Source: Squalus acanthias (lineage: Eukaryota). Taken from it: a stretch of 64,000 nucleotides of DNA. Made by a program: the position numbers and the translations under genes. Location: contig CM059431.1 of NCBI GenBank assembly GCA_030390025.1, positions 120,654,001 to 120,718,000 of the forward strand. Direction: 5' to 3'. The stretch's first letter is position 1; every line of letters starts with the position of its first letter. The notes under the pieces were generated by a model. That model saw only the letters and a list, made by a program, of their open reading frames with translations, was not told the DNA's origin and made no database searches. Positions 24,561 to 37,717 of the stretch are shown here, in pieces.

Positions 24561-27458
24561 ATCACAAGGGGGGTGGGGGTGGGGGGGAAGAGAGAGAGGA
24601 TCGGGGCTGGCCACCGGAGGATTGTGGCCGGCTTCAGCATCATCGGTGGGGATCGGAGGCCCGGGGTAGTGGGGAGGGAGCGAGGCCTGGGAAGGCGATC
24701 AGAGGCTTCCTGAGGGGTCTCCGATCGCGGTGGGGTGGGTTAGGTAGGGACCCTGGATCCAGGAGGTAGGTATAAATCCGCTTACCTCCTGGATCCAGCA
24801 GTCCCCGCCTTGGTTTAATTGCCGGGTTTCACAAATTGTGCAAAACCCGTCCACATGCAGTTAAATTCAAAATGGAGGTTAGAAAAGAGACTTCCAGCCT
24901 CATTATAATATTTAAATTGACGTTCCATTCCCTGGGAGCGGGTTGGCCATCTGTCCCTCCGTCCCAGCCCTATCACGCCTCCGTTAAAACCGGAAGTGTG
25001 CGGGTTGGAGGCGGGAATCCATCTTTAACACTTTAGCTACCCCCATACTCCAAACCCACCCTTTTTTTTTAGGGGAAAACGACCTTTCTTGATATAGCTT
25101 CAAATATAAATAACAGCCACTTATCCTTCAGCACCTGTGAAGGCAGAAAATCTGACAAAATATGGAATATGACTACAAACATGCAGTGGTATTTATGTTT
25201 TTCACTAATTTTGTGTTCTAGCACGCCGAGAGAGTTGACTCCTGGCCAAGTACGGTTCCATAGCCACTTGTCACCTTCCAATACCTTGTCCAATCAACCA
25301 TCATTCATGTGTGAGTCTGGACATTTGAGAGCCCACAGAACAAACCTGCAAGACAAACTTAGTTTAGTACTGATCGTGTCAGCAAGCTGTTTGACTTTGG
25401 GACATTATAACTGAACCCAATCTTGTCCCCACCTGACATCCATAAATTCATACTTCCAATCAATCAGAACAGGAACCCCATCTGATTCCCCATCATCCAG
25501 GACATCCAAGTCCATTGTCGCACTCTATTGCCTAAGATCAGCTAACTCAACATAGACCAGCGAATCACAGACCTTCCTGGCCTGTTCAGCTTACTTGCTG
25601 ATTAAACTTTCAGAGATAATGAGGACACCTTTTTTTTGACAACAAAGGAACAGACACATCTAATTCCTAATTGGGCCAAATTTAGTCCTCATGAATCAGC
25701 CAAAATGCCTCAATCCATGTTCCTTAAGGTTTGGGTTCTCACTATTCTCGGCTGCAATGTTTAGATTTGAGTGATGAGATAATAACCTGATAAAATCTCT
25801 GGTGCCTCTTGCTGCAACTGACATGATTAAAATGTTTTGTGCAAAACAAAACAAGTCATCCTGAGGATAAACTAAAAAAATGTTTTTATAAACCTGTTTC
25901 CTAAAAGCCACGCCTATAGCTTTTGCCTTGTTGTATCACTAAAGGCTTCCCGTTTTAATGCTCAGAGCGCACAGAACAAACTTGCAAGACAAAGTTAGTT
26001 TAATACCGATACTTGGAGAGAATGAAACAGCGATGTCATCAATTAACAGTGAAACAGTCTAACTGAGGAATGTTTACTTTGTAATATAGCAAATCAATTA
26101 AAAATGTAAATGAATAGCTCTGTAATGCAGATTATACACCCATTGCAGACAAGGCAAATGATGAGAAACAATGCAGTCATAGGAGTAGAAATTGGATTAG
26201 ATCTGTTTTTGGGCCTGAAATAGGCAATGCTTTCAGAGATGGAGACCAGGCTCAAGGAGCTGAATGGTCTACTCCTGTTCATATCTTCCTAGAAGCCCCA
26301 GGCCTGAGGCTTGACCAGAATACACTGCTTCAAATTTGTCTAAAACTCTCGTCCTCTATTTCCTTTCCACAATTTGCTGGTCTGCAACATACTCCCAGCA
26401 ATATGACCGATCCTTTTCTAATCTTCAGCTCAATCCGAAAGCATTGTTTGGATCACTTCTTCATTTAAGTCATTACTGTGACAGAGCTATCACTCCACCC
26501 GATTTTCTTGAAGTCAGTGGAAAGATAGACTGGGTGGTGTATATAACGGGCAACCGATCTGCTCATGTACATTCTCCACCAGCACCGAAAGGTCATGCAC
26601 ATTAATATACATAAAATTTAGTTTGGATTTCCATACCTTGGCAATTTTTTCTTTTATTGCTTTCCCACTTCTTGATTTTCTTTTCCTGCTTTTTCCTGCA
26701 TACCCTCCTCTAGCCTTTCTACTTCCTTATTACATGTACACCTAAAGCCTTCCAAGCAGCATATTCTACTCTTGCTCGACACTCCCTAGCTATAAAAATG
26801 TAAACCCTCCCCAACAGCTTGAGTTAACCTCCGCACAAGGATATTAGTTTCGGCTCTGGTCAGATGTAGGTTGGACCATTGGCACAGCTTACTCCTGCCT
26901 AGAACTGGTCCCAGTGGCCCAGGAATCAGAACCCTTTCCTCACATATTATGTTAGATTCAGAGGATTTAGAAGTTTTAGGTAACTGGGCCTATAGGTGAC
27001 AGATGTAATTCAGTGTGGATAAGTGCAAGATAATTAATCTGGGAGTAAGGAATCAGAAGAAGGATTAAGTGTCAAATAAAACAATGCTACAATATGCTGA
27101 TCATAAAAGAGCTCCAGAGTTTATCTATAAAATTGTCAGCACATTGCTTAACTACCATCAAAGGGCAAATAAGGTATTGAGTTGCACTGGCATAGGGATA
27201 GAATACAAATTTAAAGACACTGAGGGGGCGATTTTCCCAATGGAGGCTGGCTGGAGGCGGGTTTCGGTTTGGGTGGGTTCCAAACCCGCCTCCACTGAGA
27301 GGTGGGAAAAAATTGCGATTTTCCCCTAATTGGCCAGTTGATTTCAGAGGTGTGGGTTGCCCTTGGCCAATTAGTGTTTTGGGACTTAAACTCGCCTCTG
27401 CTGACATCACTTATGCAGCCTCATTTAAGGGCTGCTTGCTGCCTTGGCTCATTCCACT

Positions 27459-29155
27459 TGTAAGGGGTTTTTGTCGTGCTTGTATCACGGACGGTGCTGG
27501 TGCGAGGTTAGGCCTTCGTTGCCTAATACTATTGCTTGCTCTGGTCTCCGGCCAGCCTTTTAGCAATAAGCACCTGTGAGTGGTTCGACCCACTCGCCCT
27601 TACGGTTCTAACACTGGACTTAGGTGCAGGAGCAGTAATGCAGAGAAAACTCAGATAGACCCGGTTGAATAGTACGAAATGGAAATCTTTATTGCATAGC
27701 GTCCAAAATCATGAAGTACATGTCATAGGCGCAAATTAACGAGAATACAAGTATACATACATTCATAAAGCTTGGTCTATGGTAATGAAGAACGCACGGC
27801 ACATCGTAAAAAGGGGAACACATTATACTTTATCCTTAATAAAACCACCCTCCCTTATCAATACCTACACTACATCTAGATTTGTAGGATCGGGAAACAT
27901 GCTCACCACTCGTGATACTTCGGAGAATTTTAAAGTGAGGCACTCGGCTCGTTTCGCTGCAGCGCCTGACTGTCACGTGTTTGGAGGGGTTCTGCACCCC
28001 ACTTGTTTATCTTTGCCACTGCGACAAGCAGGCTGGGCTCCCCGTTGTCATGAAGAACTCGACAGAACTTGGACACGGTTGTAGAACTCAAAAAAAAGTC
28101 TTCCTGTTGTTATGAGGAATTCGATCGACCCAAACCGGATCGTGCAGTAACCCATAGAATTCAAGAAATGAGTTTGGTATTTATATTTTCAGGCGCGGTC
28201 GGGGTTTACTGACCGTGGCGGCACGTGGATTCTTCTTCTTTTCTTGTCATTTCATCTTGTCTTTTCGGGCCTTCGGGTCCAGACACCGTTTACCGACTCT
28301 CGGGATGGTGCACCCGGTCACTTGCCCTTGTCGAGGCGGCTCGTTCCGTTTGAGCTCCACCCAACATTCGAATAGCCGACCCGGACGGCTAAAAGTCAAG
28401 AGTCAACAATGTCCAGCCCTAAGGAAGAGCTTCAGCAAGGGTTCGCCGAGAGATAAGAGAATAAGAGACGATTCGAGCGAATAAGAGACCAGCCGGGAGA
28501 ATAAGAGACCGATGGACATTTGTTCACTATAGTTATAGTGCTGTGTTCCCTTATCTCCCGCCCAAATCTTAATGTTTGTCCTTTGTATAATATTGGCACT
28601 CAAAAACTCCCAGCATGGGGCGATTCTTTCCTTAACGGGTTTCGGTAGCACCTGAAACTGGCCAACTACCCGTTAATGTTTTCCCCATTGTTGACCCAGC
28701 CAGGATTGTATGAATCATCTCCCTGACTGGTTTTGGGGGCCCCCGAATACTCGTTTAATCACCCGTCGATGTCTCTCTCATTGTAGAGCCGTGGGGGTAT
28801 TTGTGTATTGATGTGTCTGGATGGGCCTTCGATTGCCCAGTACAATGGTCCTTACTTGTGCATGGAAAACGAATCCAGCACTTATATCTTTTGCTATTGT
28901 CACAAATGCAAACAGGTAGCATCCTGTCTTTATCAGTGTTTATCGAGTATGATCCAGCCTTATATTGAAATGTTTATTCGAACGCCATCTTGTCTGCCCA
29001 CTGTACTTCTGGAAGCTTCTGCCACGATGCGCGGCGGCCATTTTACAGGCTTCTGTGTCCTTTATAATCATGACAGCATTTCGTTTAATAAAACTGATCA
29101 AACAAATCTGCTTCTCTTTCGTTATTTTGAATCGCGATAATTGCGAAACTTTACA
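27459..29155 (-). mobile_element. Solo LTR (1697 bp), divergent relative of the LTR at 54337-55965
   Basis: TG...CA termini, CACT TSD (27455-27458, 29156-29159); 27575-27700 is the reverse complement of LTR segment 55710-55840 including AATAAA. Confidence 0.92.
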
Positions 29156-30396
29156 CACTGGATTTTTGTCGATGCTGCACCACCTGCAACATTATTTGAG
29201 GAACCACAATGGCCAAATCCAAGGCAAGGGCCTCCCTGAGGTTCTCAGATGAGGAGCTGGGAATGCTGGTTGAGGGGGTGAGAGCCAGCAGGGAGGTGCT
29301 CTTCCCCTCCTCTGGGAGGAAGAGGCCTCCCAAAGAAACCAAGGCAATCTGGGTGCTGCTGGCAAGGGAGATCACCTCCAGATCATTGTGCACCAGAAGC
29401 TGGATGCAGTGCCGTAAAAGGTTCAATGACCTTGTAACATCAGGCAAAGTGAGTATACCTTCAGCTTGACCCTCCTTCTGCTCCCCTTCTCCTCTCATCA
29501 CCAGCACTCTGCATTGTCAACCTCCTCCTACACATCCCACTTTACCATTACAACCCTTGCACCCTTCACCATCCCTCTCACTCTATGAACCCAATCACTT
29601 CACTATTCGACTATGCTGCCCTCACACTCCCTTTCAATGTTATGCAAATACAACGACTAACAACACACAGGGAGGGCCCTTGGACATGAAACCTCACTCC
29701 ATCTTTGTCTCCTTCTAAGCATCTATGCTCTGGACTCTCTACACTCACTCCATCATTCTCACTCCAACTCCACTTGTCTCCCTCACTGCAGTAAAAGAGA
29801 GCCCACAATAGACGGGAAAGGGCGAAGACAGGAGGAGTGCCACCTTCCCTTGCCCATCTCACCCAGGCTGAAGAGGCGGCCCTGGACATCACCGGTGCAG
29901 AGGTGGAGGTGGAAGTGGGGGACAGACAGATGGGCGAGGCAGAGCAAGCTGGTGACAGAAGAGTTTTACCTCTCTCATTCACACTGCTTGAGTGACTGAA
30001 ATGGCTGCTGGTGTACATGCTTATAATGCCACTTGAGCATCTGCACTATTGCATCTGCATGCCACACTTCCGTCAAATATCTAACCCATGCCTTTACTCC
30101 CCCACAGGACCATCCACAGAGACCCCCCGCCCCACTGTCCAGGAGGAAGAGGCTGAGCAGCAAGACTCCTCAGAAGAACCTGCAACCTCTGAGGACGCAG
30201 CGTCAGCAGAATTAAGCGCACCCAGCACCAGCGCAGATACGCACACCTCGGTGGGACCTTCAGGACATAGATTAGTGGTGTCACCATTTGTATCACATCT
30301 CACAGGTGAGCATCAGCAGGTGGTAGAGACAGGTGAGAGTCTTCGGTATAGGGCGCAGGACTCTCCTAGCTCTGCACCGCTGCATGTGGACCATGT

Positions 30397-33300
30397 GGGC
30401 TGGATTTTGCCAGTGTGGGCGGGCTGGGGTGTGTCAGGTGGAAATCGTGTCAGGAGCCCGACTCCAAAGTGAAGTGTTGAAAAAGTGGGATTTTCCCCCA
30501 ATTGGGCAATTGATTTCCTGCGTGTGGGAACCCCTGGCCCAATGAGCCTTTTCATACAGAAAGTCGCCTCCGATGACCTCATCAATGCTGCTGGATTTAA
30601 GGCCTGCAAGCAGCCTTGCTTCTTCTGGAGACTGCAAACGCTTTGTAAATTGTATGAAGGAGTTGATTTCCCGACAAATTCCACGATCAAGCAAAAGTGT
30701 GCACCTCGGTTTGATGAGCCCTCCCTCCAAGCTCTGGTGCACGGAGCCAGATGTAATAAGGAGGTGCTGTTCCCTTCCTCAGGGAGAAAAAAGCCACCCC
30801 AGCAGACAAAAGCTGTGTGGCTGCAAGTGGCCGAGGAGGTCAACTCCATTTCAATGACCCGCAGAACCTGGCTGCAATGCAGGAAGAGTTTCATGACCTT
30901 CTCCGCACAGGAAAAGTGAGTATGACTTTCCCATCACCCTCAATATGATCCCCATCGCCTCTCCTCACCAGCACTCTGCTTTGCCAACCTCTTCCTCCAC
31001 ATCTCACTTGACACTTACATCCCTGCACCCTTACCCATTCCCTCTCTCTCTATGGTCACATTCACTTAACTATTCGACCATGCAGCCCTCACACTCCCTA
31101 TCACTGTGATGCAATGACAACAACAACTTACAGCACACAGGGAGTGTCCTTTGTATCCTTCTAAGCATCTATGCTATCGATTCTCTACAGTCACTCCTTC
31201 ATTCTCACTCAAACTCCACTTGTGTCCCTCATTGCAAGAAAAGAGAGCCCACAATAAGAGGGAAAGAGCCATGACAGGAGGAGGGCCACACTCAGTAGCC
31301 CAGCTCACGCCCTGGGAGGAGGCAGCCCTGGAAATCGCTGGGATCGAGGATGATACCCAAGTGGGGGATGGACAGACAGGCGCATCACAGCAAGCTGGTG
31401 ACAGAATAGTTTGGCATCTGTCTCATTGACATAGCATGAGTCACTGATAATGAATCTGATGCTGTAACAGGTTGACTTATGATCATCTGCACTATTCAAT
31501 GTGCATGTAACCTTGACCTCACATCTCTAACTCGTTCCTTTATTCCCCCACAGGACCATCGAAAGCTCCCGTCCCCACTGTCCAGGAGGAAGAGCCTGAG
31601 ATTCCAGACTCCTCAGAGGAAGCTGCAACCTCTGAGGGCGCATTGTCAGCAGAATTCAGCGCACCCAGCACCAGCGCAGACACTCACACCTCGGTGGGAC
31701 TTTCGCGAGATAGAGTAGTGTTGTCACCTGGTGTATCACAGCTCACATGTGAGCATCAGCAGATTTGTGGAGACAGGGACAGCAGTGGAGAGTCCTCGTC
31801 AGAGGGCACAGGACTCTTCCAGCTCAGCTCAGCTGCATGTCGACCCTGTGCCCCCGGGTCCATCCAGAAGGAGAGCGGTGCTGGAACTCCAGGAACAGGT
31901 GCAGGAGTCTTTGGCAGGTTTTGTCTCCAGGGTCGCTGCGAGTGTGCAGCGAATGGAGGAGTCCATCGCGAACATGAGCAGAGCCTTTGTGGAGGCATTG
32001 GCGCATGAACGCATCACCGCGGAAAGGATGGCAACCTCCGTGGAAAGGATGGCTAACTCCATGGTAAGGCTGGCTACCATAGAGGAGAGGATGGCTACGG
32101 CCATGGAAGAGCTTAGTCGCCAGTGTATGGAAAACATGGTGATTGTTCAGAATAGACTGACATCTCTTGAGGAGCAATGGTCAGCTATTGAGCATAGAAA
32201 CCAGACCTGCATGGAAGTCCTCTGGAGTAGGACTTCCAGTGCAGAAACGGGTCCTCATGACCACCCTGAAGTGCAGCAAGGTGCTGTCAAGCCACTTGCT
32301 AGCTCTGAAGTGGGGCTGACCCATGAGAGGGATGTTGGTGGCAGAGAACAAGGAAGTGGGGGATCCTCTCCAAGCGCTCACATGACCATGCCACTGCAGA
32401 GCCCTCAGTCAGAGTCCCACCAGAGTCCTCACCCAACTGAGATGGGCATCTCAGCCCCTGCACAGCTGTAGGAGTAGCAGACTTTTGGCGAGCCTGCACA
32501 GGTTCGCCACCTCAGAGGACGGCCACCAAAGGCGTCGAGACTGGAGCAGCAAGAAAGTGAGCAAGGGGCTTCCCCATCTGCTGAAGCCACAGGGGAAGCA
32601 ACACGTAGGAGCACGTGTGAGAGGAAGATAAAGCAGAAGTAGTCACAAGGGTAGTCACTTGGGTGCTGTGATGTTTTGTATTTGGACCAGCCATCATTGT
32701 CATTGTATTATAAACAGATTTGATGGCAAACTGTTGAAGTTGTGGCCTGTGTCATTTCGCAAATGGGACTCTCACATTGAGGGCTCAGGGTGCCTTGCAA
32801 TTGTCAGTATGGTGGTCAGAGTGATAGGAATCCGGAGGTTCTTGTCCATTGTGGATGCTCTGGTAAGAAGTTGCGAGACTAAAGTGTTTGATTGTGCAGG
32901 CTCACCAAATCTGGCCAAGATGAGTGCGTCCCTTGCATCCTGGGCACCAATGTTGTCGCACGCTGGTGCCTTCTGGCCTCTGTAGCTTAAGGTGGGTGAC
33001 TAGCAGCTTGGCGCTCCTTGATGCTCCTGTTGTTGGTCCTGCTGTTGTTCATGGTTCTGCTGCTACCGTGGCTGGTCTTCGTCCAAATCTACTGTCCAGG
33101 AGGAAACAAATTAAATGGTCGCCATGCTTCTGGTATATGCCTCAGTTGAGGAAGCGCTCAGTCAAGGTGGGGAGAGGGGTTTCCCAGGAGGTCACACTGG
33201 AGATGGGTGTCAGGCTCCAAACTTCCACAACAATGAGTAGGCCTGCTAAAAGTTCGCCCAGACCTGAGACAACAAAGGTCTGCCACCTGCAAATGATCAA

Positions 33301-33666
33301 CGGTGAAAACTCCTTTTTAATGGTGGAGCTGCAGCTGTTAGTAAGCAATCCACTTGTGAGGCCGCCAGGATTGCATTGCGTGTTCCAGAGGAGGCGTGTA
33401 GGATGGGGGAAATGTCTAAAAATCGGAAAGGCCTCTCAAAATGGGATAATAGAGGCAATTAAGTTGTTGCTAAGGGCCTTAAGGGCCTATCCTGCCTCTT
33501 GGAGGCGGGATGGAAAGGGGGTCAGAAAACACGCTTCTGGGAAAATTGCTTGGTGGCGGGATGGAGGCGGGATGGAGGTGGGATCGGGCCCGCCTGCCAT
33601 TTTTTGTGATTTTACCACCTCGCACGCCTCCAAACCCGCATCCTCGTGCTTGGCAAAATCGAGCCC
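30397..33666 (+). mobile_element. Harbinger element B nested in exon 3 of the Myb gene of element A
   Basis: TIRs gggctggattttgccag ... ttggcaaaatcgagccc; element A coding sequence resumes at 33667; no clean TSD visible. Confidence 0.85.
30684..32642 (+). pseudogene. Harbinger B Myb/SANT-like gene (exons about 30684-30915, 31238-31397, 31554-32642) with coiled-coil ERMA heptads
   Basis: APRFDEPSLQALV..KEVLF...W.QVAEEVN....RTWLQCRKSF; exon 2 has the same 160-nt length as in A, acceptor mutated to AA; frameshifts and stops present. Confidence 0.82.
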
Positions 33667-34679
33667 ATAGCCTCTGGGTCCATCCAGAAATGGAGTGGTG
33701 CTGGAACTCCAGCAGCAGGTGCAGGAGTCTCTGACAGGTCTTGTCTCCAGAGTCACTGTGAGTGTGAAGAGGATGGAGGATTCCAACTCTAACCTGAGCA
33801 GTGCCGTTGGGGAGGCAATGACGCATATACGCAGCACCACGGAAAGGATGGCAACCTCCGTGGAAAGGCTGGCTATGGCCATGGAGGCAATTAGTTGCCA
33901 AAGGAAAACATGGTGATTGTTCAGAATAGACTAACATCTCTGGAGGAGCAATGGGCAGCTATTGAACAGAGAAACCAGAGCTTCATGGAAGTCCTTTTGA
34001 GTGGGACTGCCAGTGCAGAGACGGGTACCCATGGCCCCCCTGGTGTGCAGCAAGGTGCTCTTAAGCCACTTGCAAGCACTGAGGTGGACCTGACCCATGA
34101 AAGGGAAGTTAATGGCAGACAACAAGGAAGTGGGGGGCTCCTCTCCAAGGGCTCACACTTCCATGCCACTGCGTAGCCCTCAGTCAGAGCCCCACCAGAG
34201 TCCACACCCAACTGAGATGGACGTCTCAGCCTCTGGACTGCCGCAGGATGAGCAGTTGTTTGGCGAGCCCTCACAGGCTTGTAAACCCAGAGGATGCCCG
34301 CCAAAGGTGTCGAAGCAGGAGCAGCATCAAAGTGAGCAAGGGGCCTCCACTTCTGCTGAAGCCACAGGGGGAGCACCACATAAGAGCACACGTAAGAGAA
34401 AAATAAAGCACCATTAGTCACAGAGGTAGCCACTTGGGTGAATGTTTATGTGTATTGAGGAAATGCCATCCCTGTTGGAAAGTAAAAAAATGCTTTGATG
34501 GCAAACTGTCATTTCGCCTTAGGCAGCTCCACATTGCAGGCTCCGTGACACTTGCGTGGTCAGGTTGGTGGCCAGAGTGAAAGGAGACCAGAGAGTCATG
34601 TCCATTTTCTATCATGTCTTAAGATGGATCCAAGGTCATGTGCCAACATGGGCAACCTATGCAATTCTGGCCAGGATAA

Positions 34680-35296
34680 GTGCTTGCCTTGCATCACGGG
34701 CAGCCATGTGCTCACGTGCTGCCAGTCGATAGGCTGGCGCTCGGTCCTTCCCCTGCTCCTCCTCCTCCACCTGCTCCTCGTCCTCATCCTCATCTGAGGA
34801 GGCTATGAACTGAGCCATTTGCTCATCAGGAAGCTCAAGCCACGATGCTGTGCCATGTTTTGCAGTGCGCAGCAGACCACGACCATTCTGGAGGCCCTGG
34901 CTGCTGAATACTGCAGGGCTCCACCTGATCTGTCAAGGCATCGGAAGCGCATTTTCAACAAGCCAATGGTTTGCTCGATGATGGACCTGGTCGAAGTGTG
35001 GCTGGCATTGTAACGCTCTTCAGCCTTGTTAGCTGGCCTCCTGATCAGCATCATTAGCCACTTCTTCACGGGGTAGCCCTTGTCACCAAGGAGCCATCCA
35101 TTAAGTTGGTTTGGCAGATTGAAGAGTGGAGGAACACTAGACTGCCGCAGGATGAATGAGTCATGGCAACTACCACAGAAGTTGTCGCAAACATGCAAAA
35201 TCTCCTTCTTGTGGTTACACACCAGCTGTACGTTGAGGGAATGGAAGCCCTAGCAGTTGACAAAGATAGCTGGGTTGTGATGGGAACAGGTGACAA
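34680..35296 (-). pseudogene. Harbinger DDE transposase (HARBI1-like), C-terminal part
   Basis: [53 protein letters not shown] motifs. Confidence 0.92.
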
Positions 35297-36259
35297 GTGG
35301 GTCGGTGGGATTTAAATGAGGCCTGGGAGTTAGAAAAGACTGGGCCTCATTTCTGTGGCAGCTGATGAGTTTCGCACTCACCCCGCTACCCACCTGCCCA
35401 AAACCTGCCAGGAGTTAAAATCGGAACCTCTGTATTATTGTTATACAGACTTTGTCTAGACCTCATGTCACGAATTGCATTGTTCTAATGTAACTTATCT
35501 AAAAATACTAGCAGTATTTTTCCAAACAAGGATTTCAAGGGTGACTGTTCTTTTCTTATTTTAAAAAAGGTTACTTTTCTGGGATAACAATTTTAAAATA
35601 TTGAATAGAGCTTTAATTTTCAGAGCACTTGGGTTCAATTCAGCTATTTGAGAAATACGTATAATATGAAACTGTGTCTTTAAAAAAGCTAAGCTCCAAA
35701 TGTATTTGTTGATAAATAATTTGTCATGGTTTGATATCTGACAGAAATTGATTCTTCTACAGGAATGCCACTTTTGGAAGGTTTTAATTACACAATAAAA
35801 TGTCTCCTCAATTTACCATTTAAGTGTAACAGCATTATAGGAAGTCTGGGTTTAGAAAGAAATGAAATTGCTTTCTACTTCAAACAGATTAAGGGCATAA
35901 AAGTTCGGATCTCTGTGGTTTTGTAGGTCCTAATGTATTTCTAAAGGAGATTCAGCCAAAGAAACTGAATATTTCACATGAGAGCCCCTACCTGCAGGAT
36001 GTGACAAGAGAATGACCCTATATCAAGAGACTGTTTTATTGCAAGAATCTGCAAGAAGGAACTATGAAAGCGGTGAGCTGCAATGGATTCACTATGATAT
36101 CTATATTTTAAAATACTGTCCGTGTTATATGTTTAATATTTTCACTTCTGTACATTTAATAAATTGGATTAGTTGTTTTAGTCTGTACAAATAAAGTCTA
36201 GTTTGTGATATGTTCTGCTATCTGATAGACTGAAGATATAATGCTAATTCAGATTTTTC

Positions 36260-37170
36260 ACCCCATATCCGTGGATGAGATTGCTAAGGGTCAGTATGTA
36301 AATGAGCAAGAGGATGTGGCCTATTATGAATTCCTGGGGGACTCCCAGTGTCACTGTGCAGGTCTGGGAGGAGAAGCCATTGCTAGTGATGCCCTGGCTA
36401 TGATCAGATAGATAAGAGTGGAACCAGGCAAAAACAGTCCCATCAAGCTGGACAGTAGAGGAGAGGTATTGGAGAAGGATAGTGTGGTTGACCTCATCAA
36501 ATAATTCAGAGAAATCAAGGAGGATGAGAAGGGATAATGCACCAGAGTCACAGTCATTGATTAGGGCCATTTTGGTGCTGTGGGAGGGAAAGAAACCTGA
36601 TTGGAGGGATTGAAACTAGGAGTTGTCAGAGAGATGGACACAGATCTGGAAGGCAACAACACATTCAAGGACCTTGGAAAGGAAAGGGAGGTTGGAGATG
36701 GGATGATAGTTTGCAAGAAGAGAGTGGTCAAAGGTGAGTTTTGAGAAAGGGGGTGTAGATGCCCCCTATGCCTTCAGACTGTGCCTGAAGAGAGGAAACC
36801 ATTTATAATGTCAGCTAGCATGGGGGCCAGTAAAGGAAATAAAAACAGAAAATACTGGAAATACTCATCAGGTCAGGCAGCATCTGTGGAGAGAAACGGA
36901 GTTAACAGGGGGAATTTTAACCAAAAAAAGGGTGCCCCCCAACCCGCCTTCCTCCAGAAAATTTCGGCCAACGTTTCTGGTCAATAACTTTTCATCAGAA
37001 CGTGGCAGGAAAGGAAGTTGGATGGTCAGCAGTTTAGTGGGAAGGGGTCAAAGGAGCAGGAGGGTCATGGACAAGATGAGCTCACAGATAGTAAAGGGGG
37101 GAGATGGCAGAGAAATTAGAGAGAAATGGTAGTACAGATAGCGGAGGGTCTGGTTGGAGGTTTGGCATTG
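36260..37170 (-). mobile_element. L2-clade LINE RT fragment, interrupted by a Penelope repeat
   Basis: SLLILLDFSELFDEVNHTILL...WFHSYLSD...GVPQ motifs in ORF 36244-36570. Confidence 0.8.
36831..37000 (-). mobile_element. Penelope terminal repeat fragment with a 62-bp mini-MITE (about 36908-36969) inside its hammerhead
   Basis: Reverse complement of the 1629-1765 repeat; insert ggggg.aattt...aaatttcggcc splits the gttaac/aacgtttc region. Confidence 0.7.
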
Positions 37171-37717
37171 TGGCCAAGGGGAAGGGATAATAGCAACAGT
37201 TCAATAATAGTCTCTACTTTAGTAACAAATAAGTTGTCAACAGCATATTTGTAGCATCTTATGAGATTCAAACTGTAAAAATGAATTAATAACACATACT
37301 CCCCCATGATCAACTTCCATTAGAACAATTGTAGGTGACGTGCGTAATTCTATTGAATAAATGCTGTGATATTGGAAACCCCTGTCTATAGAGTGTTTGG
37401 CAAGCACAGAGGAAAACAATTGTCCATGTAACTTTCAATATTTTGTGCTAACTGCATTTGTGGCACTTGCATTGATCTGTATTAGCTACGTTTATTAGTT
37501 GGGAATAAACAGTGTTTGTTGCTTTAAGTATAATGAACATACAGAGAATAAAATTACAATAATCAAGCCATATTCCATGATAAAAATGCTCAACAGTAAA
37601 GTAATTAGCTCTTTAGAGATTTGGATTGGTACATACCTTGAATTACTACATGCTGTTTACATGCAACAATATGTATACATCTGAATCATCAGATTTAACA
37701 CCGTTAAATGCTACACT

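Larger units (their letters stand above)
29209..34417 (+). pseudogene. Harbinger A Myb/SANT-like (NAIF1-type) DNA-binding protein gene; exons 29209-29448, 29792-29951, 30108-30396 plus 33667-34417
   Basis: RFSDEELGMLVEGV..REVLF...W..LA..I......RSWMQCRKRFNDL followed by donor gtgag; exon 2 starts with TAA where paralog B has GAA; exon 3 split by element B and frameshifted. Confidence 0.85.
27224..35428 (+). mobile_element. Large PIF/Harbinger element A (Myb/SANT gene plus convergent transposase), interrupted by a solo LTR and by Harbinger B
   Basis: Left end gggggcgattttccc; three-exon Myb gene on plus strand, DDE transposase on minus strand; right boundary uncertain. Confidence 0.75.

Noticed and set aside
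23726..24769. Four overlapping 250-350-aa Gly/Arg- or Pro-rich ORFs
   Set aside because: They are translations of the G-rich minisatellite, open in several frames only because the unit lacks stop codons
29209..35296. Domesticated host genes NAIF1/HARBI1
   Set aside because: They lie in multi-copy transposon context with stops, frameshifts and nested insertions
36013..36015. In-frame TGA as selenocysteine
   Set aside because: No resemblance to a selenoprotein family I know, no SECIS identified, and the exon itself is unproven
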